Of a stretch of 62,755 nucleotides of DNA, positions 57,208 to 62,755 are shown in pieces. Positions within the stretch are counted from its first letter, which is position 1. Every line of letters begins with the position of its first letter. Source of the stretch: a virus. Lineage: Duplodnaviria; Caudoviricetes. The notes under the pieces were generated by a model, which saw nothing but the letters and a program-made list of their open reading frames with translations, had not been told where the DNA came from and did no database searches. Made by a program: the position numbers and the translations under genes. The stretch covers positions 1-62,755 of IMG/VR virus record IMGVR_UViG_3300045973_000245; one strand, 5' to 3'.

Positions 57208-59698
57208 ACTTTCGCACCGTAGCGAAGAAAAGATAGTGGACAGTATTGTTAAACTCTCTCAGATTATGGGGGAGGTTACTTACTATCCTTATCAACTTTC
57301 GTTCGCTCGTAGATTAACTCAGAGTATTGTCACAAATGAAGGCGCAACTCTTACCGCTCTATTTAGTCGGCAATGTATTGCTGAAAATTCCCTTATTATG
57401 GACCGTAATGGCAACATCTTGCCTATTCAAAAACATCCGAATGCATGGCTCACTGAAGCTGCTGCTCCTATTTGGGAGATAAAAACCTTCGGTGGGCATA
57501 CGATTAACTGTACAGAAGAACATCCTATTGCTACTCCTAGCGGATATGTGTCTGCTTTTTGTTTGAAACCATACGATAAAGTTATTGTTTTAGACAGATG
57601 GGATAAGTTTGGGGATGGACGTATCCCTGTAAAAGAGGGATACATTTCTATTAATAGTGATTTAGCTGAACTTGTTGGCTGGTTTACAGCCTATATCAAA
57701 ACAGATGATGAAGTAAAAATCATCGACGGGAAAGATAGAGTAGTCGAACTACTTACTAAATACTTTCCCGCTACCCCTCTCCGTACAACACGGAATCAAG
57801 CCATCATAAAGATTGATGGTCCTTTCAAAGCCTTTCTCAGAACCATGAAGTTTAACGCTTCTGGTTTCCCTGAGAACGTCAATTACTTCACCCGTTCCCA
57901 AACCATCAGTTTCTTTGCGCCCATTTTTAGATTAAAAGGCAAATCGTATAAGAAACCCACGACAGTTAAGACTATCATAAAGGGAGATAAGACTTTCTTG
58001 CTTTATGCAAAAGAGCATCTTAACAAGTTGGGGCTGCATGGTAATCTAGAAGTGTGGATAGGTGATTGTTTAATCTTTCAGTGTAATGATAACTACTTCC
58101 GCATGAAAGAACTTTTTGGAGATTTTCTTCCAAACAACTTTTTCCCACCACTTTATGTGTCTCGTAAGAGAACTAAAAAGATAACTCTTGGTGAAGATGG
58201 GGAAGAGTTAATGGAAACTAAAGTTTACTCTGTAAAAAAACTTGACAAACTAATGCCAGTGTGGGATACTACAATAGAAGATAAGGGTTGGTTCTTATGT
58301 TCTGGAGCTAAAGTACATAACTCAGGCAAGACTCAGGTAGTAGCTATGGTTACTGCTGCTTGTATGGTTATGCTTCCAAAATTAGCTGAAAAGTTTCCCC
58401 ACAATTTTGGGCTATTTATCAAAGGCTTTTGGGCGGGCTGCTTCGGACCCGTTGGAGAGCAAGCGGTGACGATGTTCGATAGAATTTACTCCGTTTTTAC
58501 GACAGAAACGACTAAGAAAATGTTCATCGAGGAATTGAAAATGCCAGTACCCGCGCAAGGTGGAGCAAGGGGTAACTTAATCAAGCTACAGAACAAGTCT
58601 TTTGTTCGTTATATGTCTTCAAGTAAACGCGCGAGGATTGAATCTAAGACCTATCACTTGATTATCTTAGATGAATGTCAGGACATGGAATCCTTCAAAG
58701 TGAAGAAATCTATTCTTCCAATGGGGGCTGCTGTAAACGCTACAGTTGTAGCAACAGGTACTCCTGATATTTATATTGGATTCTTCTATGATATGATTGA
58801 GAAGAATAAGCAACAAGATTTAGAAGGTGGTAAACAAGCTCATTTTGAGACAGATTATCTTGTTGCACAACGATACAATCCAATGTATAAAACTTTCGTA
58901 GCTAAGCAGAAGAAAGATTTACTAGAAGACTCCGATGAATTCAAGATGGCATATCGTCTTATCTGGCCTATCACAAAAGGTATGGTGTTTACTAAAGCCC
59001 AACTTGAGGAAAAAAGCTATGATAAGTCTCTAAGAATAGTTAAGAAATACAAAGAATCTTTATGTATTGCTGGTTTAGATTTAGGAAAAAGTCAAGACTC
59101 TACGATAGTTACAGTCATTAGACCATTTTGGGCAGATGCAGACGAAGAAGGAAACATGCCTAAACAGCTTCTAGATTGGCTAGAACTGGAGGGTGATGAG
59201 TGGGAAGTACAGTATCCAAAAGTAGTTGATTTTCTTGACAACTTTAACATTGATACTCTTGTCTGTGATAGCACAGGAGTAGGCGACCCGATTAGAGAGC
59301 ATTATACCGTTTTATTGCCGAAGGTGAATGTTGTTCCTTTTGTATTCAGCCCAACAACTAAAGATATAGGCTATAAATACTTGATGCAGGAGATTAATCA
59401 AAAACGAATGTTGATTCCTGCCCACACAACTACCAGAAACACAAACAGGTTTAAGAAGTTTGAGCTACAAATGACCACAATCAAGAAACATTATAGTGGT
59501 AAGTTCTTAAATCCATGTCCGGTAGACGCTGAAAAAGGGCATGATGATTATCCTGATTCACTAATGTTAGCTACTTTTGGAACGTACTTTGATACGATGC
59601 CAGAAATGGAAACTTCGGCTAACGATATCTTCTCCACATACAGAGACGGCTACGACCTTGGAAAGCTGTATTCGTCACACATTAGGAGAAATCAATAA
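57188..59698 (+). CDS. terL: terminase large subunit, interrupted by an intein
   Basis: Walker A SRQ^SGKT split by the intein, ILDECQ Walker B, ATGTP, GLDLGK..D, DSTGVGD, HDDYPDS. Confidence 0.92.
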   Translation: METTLVKLSHRSEEKIVDSIVKLSQIMGEVTYYPYQLSFARRLTQSIVTNEGATLTALFSRQCIAENSLIMDRNGNILPIQKHPNAWLTEAAAPIWEIKTFGGHTINCTEEHPIATPSGYVSAFCLKPYDKVIVLDRWDKFGDGRIPVKEGYISINSDLAELVGWFTAYIKTDDEVKIIDGKDRVVELLTKYFPATPLRTTRNQAIIKIDGPFKAFLRTMKFNASGFPENVNYFTRSQTISFFAPIFRLKGKSYKKPTTVKTIIKGDKTFLLYAKEHLNKLGLHGNLEVWIGDCLIFQCNDNYFRMKELFGDFLPNNFFPPLYVSRKRTKKITLGEDGEELMETKVYSVKKLDKLMPVWDTTIEDKGWFLCSGAKVHNSGKTQVVAMVTAACMVMLPKLAEKFPHNFGLFIKGFWAGCFGPVGEQAVTMFDRIYSVFTTETTKKMFIEELKMPVPAQGGARGNLIKLQNKSFVRYMSSSKRARIESKTYHLIILDECQDMESFKVKKSILPMGAAVNATVVATGTPDIYIGFFYDMIEKNKQQDLEGGKQAHFETDYLVAQRYNPMYKTFVAKQKKDLLEDSDEFKMAYRLIWPITKGMVFTKAQLEEKSYDKSLRIVKKYKESLCIAGLDLGKSQDSTIVTVIRPFWADADEEGNMPKQLLDWLELEGDEWEVQYPKVVDFLDNFNIDTLVCDSTGVGDPIREHYTVLLPKVNVVPFVFSPTTKDIGYKYLMQEINQKRMLIPAHTTTRNTNRFKKFELQMTTIKKHYSGKFLNPCPVDAEKGHDDYPDSLMLATFGTYFDTMPEMETSANDIFSTYRDGYDLGKLYSSHIRRNQ
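57374..58321 (+). mobile_element. intein (316 aa) with degenerate LAGLIDADG region
   Basis: Starts CIAENS, block B CTEEHP, ends KVHN followed by Ser+1. Confidence 0.9.
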
Positions 59699-59717
59699 TT
59701 AGCCGATATAAAGGTTA

Positions 59718-61328
59718 ATGAAGAAAACTAGTTTAGGTAAGGGGGTGATTAAAATAACATACGCAATGCCAGGAAATTTTGACTCGCAAGTTTTTGCTAG
59801 CACTTTCTTTGCTAATGCATATAACTTCGGGCCTGAACATACACATCGACTAGCAAAGTATCAAAATTGCTGGGATTTTTATGATGGTAAACATTGGAGT
59901 ATGGCTACCCCTGAAGGATATAAACAGGTTACAGTTAACTATACTAAAGTCTTTGTCAAAAAACTAAGACGATTTGCATTTCGTAATGGTTGGACAATGG
60001 ACTTTTCTCCAGAACAAGAAGCAGATAAGATAGATAAGTGGGTTAATGACGTTTGGGATGCTAATGATAGGTTTGATTTAACCAGTAAAATTGTTGAATT
60101 TGGTTCCATTTTCGGGGACTGGTATATCTATCCACAATGGTTGCCAGATGTAGAAATGGATTCTAAACTTCCAAAAAGTTCACAAGTAAAATTAACTGTT
60201 CTAGACCCAAGATATGTATTTCCTCAGTACAATAACAAGACAGGGGAAATGGAATTCTGTGTAATTCTTATTCCTTACGAGAATATTGAGCTTCAACCAG
60301 ACGGTAATTTTGAGTATGTCGCACGATTATATCGTGAAGTTCATACTAAAGACAAGATATTTATTCAAGATTTAGACGACCAAAATACTGTTGTCGAGGA
60401 AAGAGTAGTAGAAAACCCGCTAAAGAAAATTCTTGTTATACACGGAGTTCATCAAATACAAGCAGGAAGTAATTACGGAGCAGGTTTAGTGGAAGACCTT
60501 ATAGGACCACAAAAACTCTTCAACGAAAAGGTATCTAATATCTCGGAAATTCTAGACTACCATGCTGCACCGATTACTATTATCTACGGCGCTAAAGCTA
60601 GACAACTAGAAAAAGGTGCAAACAAGCTTTGGTCTGGTCTTCCAGCTAATGCTAAAGTTGAGAACTTATCAAGTGAAGGTAATATTCCTACTGCTAGAGA
60701 GTTCGTTCAAGACACAAAAACATGGATGCATGAACTAGCTAATATTCCAGAAGATGCTTTAGGAGCAAATAGAAAGATTAGCAACACATCTGCTGTTGCT
60801 TTATCCATTGACTTTGAGCCATTAATTGAACTTTCAGATGATGTTAGATTCTATTTCAATCAGGGAATAAAGGCTGTTAATGAGTTGGTAATTGATATTG
60901 GTCTTTATCTAGATGAGATTAAAACCAATCTTGAACCTCCAGCTAAATATGCAATGGGCATCGAACATGGTGCATTACTTCCAAGAGATAGGTCACTAGA
61001 CTTAGCCGATATGAACATGGAAATAACTATGGGTATTGAATCTAAAGCTGGTGCTTTGAAAAGACTAGGGAATACAAACCCACAAGAAAAACTTGATGAG
61101 ATTGATAAAGAAGTTGAAGCTGAGAAAAAACGAGCTATGGAATTAGCAACTAAATACATGGACCCAGCGATGGTTGCCCAAATTGGGAATCCAAATAACT
61201 TACCAGGGAAACCGCCTGTAGCTCCAGCGACTACAGTTCAAAAAGGTAAAGCAGGAAAAGCTGTGAACAATAGTGATGTAGTACACGGTCAACAAGTGGC
61301 AGACACAGCTAAGGCTAAAAAAGCTTAG
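59718..61328 (+). CDS. portal protein
   Basis: Follows TerL; FYDGKHW, NY, GD, NTSAVAL...PL motifs. Confidence 0.85.
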   Translation: MKKTSLGKGVIKITYAMPGNFDSQVFASTFFANAYNFGPEHTHRLAKYQNCWDFYDGKHWSMATPEGYKQVTVNYTKVFVKKLRRFAFRNGWTMDFSPEQEADKIDKWVNDVWDANDRFDLTSKIVEFGSIFGDWYIYPQWLPDVEMDSKLPKSSQVKLTVLDPRYVFPQYNNKTGEMEFCVILIPYENIELQPDGNFEYVARLYREVHTKDKIFIQDLDDQNTVVEERVVENPLKKILVIHGVHQIQAGSNYGAGLVEDLIGPQKLFNEKVSNISEILDYHAAPITIIYGAKARQLEKGANKLWSGLPANAKVENLSSEGNIPTAREFVQDTKTWMHELANIPEDALGANRKISNTSAVALSIDFEPLIELSDDVRFYFNQGIKAVNELVIDIGLYLDEIKTNLEPPAKYAMGIEHGALLPRDRSLDLADMNMEITMGIESKAGALKRLGNTNPQEKLDEIDKEVEAEKKRAMELATKYMDPAMVAQIGNPNNLPGKPPVAPATTVQKGKAGKAVNNSDVVHGQQVADTAKAKKA

Positions 61329-61333
61329 CTTTA

Positions 61334-61360
61334 TAAAGTAAATTAGTTATTTACCGATAC
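61334..61360 (+). promoter_or_regulatory. candidate late promoter, sigma28-like TAAA-N15-(A)CCGATA
   Basis: Intergenic between portal and the 61396 ORF; GCCGATAT also precedes the portal (59702) and capsid (62236) genes. Confidence 0.35.
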
Positions 61361-61395
61361 CTATTAGTAGTAAATTTAAACGAAAGGTGGTGAAA

Positions 61396-61599
61396 ATGGC
61401 TACTAAGAACTTTCAACCGGATAAGGGAGCGAAGGTAACAGGCAGTTTAGCCAGTACGTTTACTGGTCACATTACCGAGCTTAGAAGTAAAGGTGAAGTC
61501 TCAAGTTCAGCGAACGCTAGTGCTTGGGCAAAAACCCTGAATGAAAGAGATTGGGAAAGTCCAATTGCAAAAACGGACAATCCTAACGACGATAGATAA
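61396..61599 (+). CDS. small head-module protein
   Basis: AAGGTGGTG RBS; lies between portal and scaffold. Confidence 0.55.
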   Translation: MATKNFQPDKGAKVTGSLASTFTGHITELRSKGEVSSSANASAWAKTLNERDWESPIAKTDNPNDDR

Positions 61600-61620
61600 A
61601 TCGTAAGAAAGGAGACAGAA

Positions 61621-62316
61621 ATGTCTGACGAACAAGACAAGGAACTTGAGTTGAAGAAAGAAGATGAGCAAGAAGATAAGATAGAGGAACCTAAAGTAGA
61701 TGTAAAGGCTCTAGATGTAGAGGCTCTTAGAAAAGCATTGCGCGAAGAAATCGCTGAAAGTATTCGCACCGAAGAAAAAGCAAAACTTTATCCTTCTATG
61801 GAGAAGTATAAAACTGATGCTAAAACAGCCTCAGATGCTAAAGATGCTGCTGAAGCCAAGCTAAAAGAGTATGAAACTAAGAATCTTTCTGCTGAAGAGC
61901 AAGTTGCTCAAAGGTATAAAGAACTGCAAGAATCGAATGAAATGTTAACCGAGAGATTTAACAAAGTAGTGGAAGAAGCCAATGGTCGAATTAATTCACT
62001 ACAAGTTGAATTAGCCAAGAAAGAAATACTCGCGGCTTATAAAGACGAGATTATTACTGGTATGGTTACAGGGGACACTATTGAGGAATTGCAACAAAGT
62101 GCCGAAAATGCACATAGAGAGTATAAAGCGATTGAAGAAAAGGCTCAGGCTAAGATAGCCGCAGTAGGAAAAGCACCTATTGGTTCAGGGTTAGCCCAAC
62201 CAAATAGCGATAAATTAAATGTTAGTCCTACATTAGCCGATATTAAGAAGGTAACGAATCTTAAAGAGTGGGATAAAGTAAAAACCAAACTCTTAGAGGA
62301 TGCTTTAAAACAATAA
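61621..62316 (+). CDS. capsid scaffolding protein
   Basis: Acidic coiled coil, R.EEK.KLYP motif, directly upstream of the capsid gene. Confidence 0.75.
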   Translation: MSDEQDKELELKKEDEQEDKIEEPKVDVKALDVEALRKALREEIAESIRTEEKAKLYPSMEKYKTDAKTASDAKDAAEAKLKEYETKNLSAEEQVAQRYKELQESNEMLTERFNKVVEEANGRINSLQVELAKKEILAAYKDEIITGMVTGDTIEELQQSAENAHREYKAIEEKAQAKIAAVGKAPIGSGLAQPNSDKLNVSPTLADIKKVTNLKEWDKVKTKLLEDALKQ

Positions 62317-62347
62317 CGAAATTGTGAGAGGGGGTGAATAACTTAAA

Positions 62348-62755
62348 ATGACAAATTATCTAACTACTGCTCTTGCAGCTACGGGTACAGGTGCTAACCC
62401 CCCTCTAAACGTAAGGCTTTCAGAACTAGTTCTTACTATTTATAGTAAGGAGATTATGTTCCAAGCTATGCCTGCATTCAAATTTGACCAGTTTGCCACA
62501 GTTAAGACGGACCTATCCGCCACTCCCGGTAAAGCAATTACTTTCTTCAAATACAACAACCTGACTCCAGGTGGTCCATTAGTTGAAGGTTATCCGATGC
62601 AGACTCAAGCTCTAGCAGGTTCTCAGATTAGCATAACAGTAGGTGAATACGGTAACGCTGTTGCTGTATCTAACTTACTTTTAGCTACATCGTTCATTGA
62701 TGTTATGGCTGGTGCTGCAAAACTACTAGGTGATGATTACGTTCGTGTTGTTGAC
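62348..62755 (+). CDS. major capsid protein (N4-gp56-like), runs off the window end
   Basis: Manual translation MTNYLTT...YSKEIMFQAMP.FKFDQFA.VKTDL..PG..I.F.KY..L...L.EG...GEYGNAVAVS; open to the end. Confidence 0.85.
   Translation, partial: MTNYLTTALAATGTGANPPLNVRLSELVLTIYSKEIMFQAMPAFKFDQFATVKTDLSATPGKAITFFKYNNLTPGGPLVEGYPMQTQALAGSQISITVGEYGNAVAVSNLLLATSFIDVMAGAAKLLGDDYVRVVD

Noticed and set aside
661-61769. Numerous minus-strand ORFs in the track
   Set aside because: They shadow well-supported + strand genes and show no recognisable motifs.
1-62755. Stop-codon reassignment
   Set aside because: Conserved genes are intact in code 11, end in TAA, TAG or TGA, and no suppressor tRNA was seen.

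Overview
This window is a 62.8 kb slice of a large, AT-rich tailed dsDNA phage genome with essentially all genes on the + strand and standard genetic code. In order it carries: (i) a tRNA/RNA-repair region with tRNAs, an Rnl2-type RNA ligase, a CCA-adding enzyme and a 76-nt tmRNA reduced to its tRNA-like domain; (ii) a complete ubiquitin-like conjugation cassette (Ubl ending GG-IA, large E2-like protein with Cys-rich repeats, JAB/JAMM protease, ThiF-type E1); (iii) a candidate origin and replication genes (loader-like protein, DnaB, primase, SNF2 helicase); (iv) accessory and counter-defence genes (SLOG, metallophosphoesterase, deaminase, Pth2, RlaP-like nucleotidyltransferase, a PRS-like plus NAMPT-like pair resembling NARP1, RtcB); (v) SSB, family A DNA polymerase, RecA, nucleases, spoVS and class II RNR; (vi) a glycosyl-/methyl-transferase cluster; (vii) intein-containing terminase, portal, scaffold and the start of the major capsid gene. 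The two most striking features are the phage-borne Ubl-E2-JAB-E1 system and the tagless mini-tmRNA. All calls come from reading motifs by eye; no database search or folding program was run.
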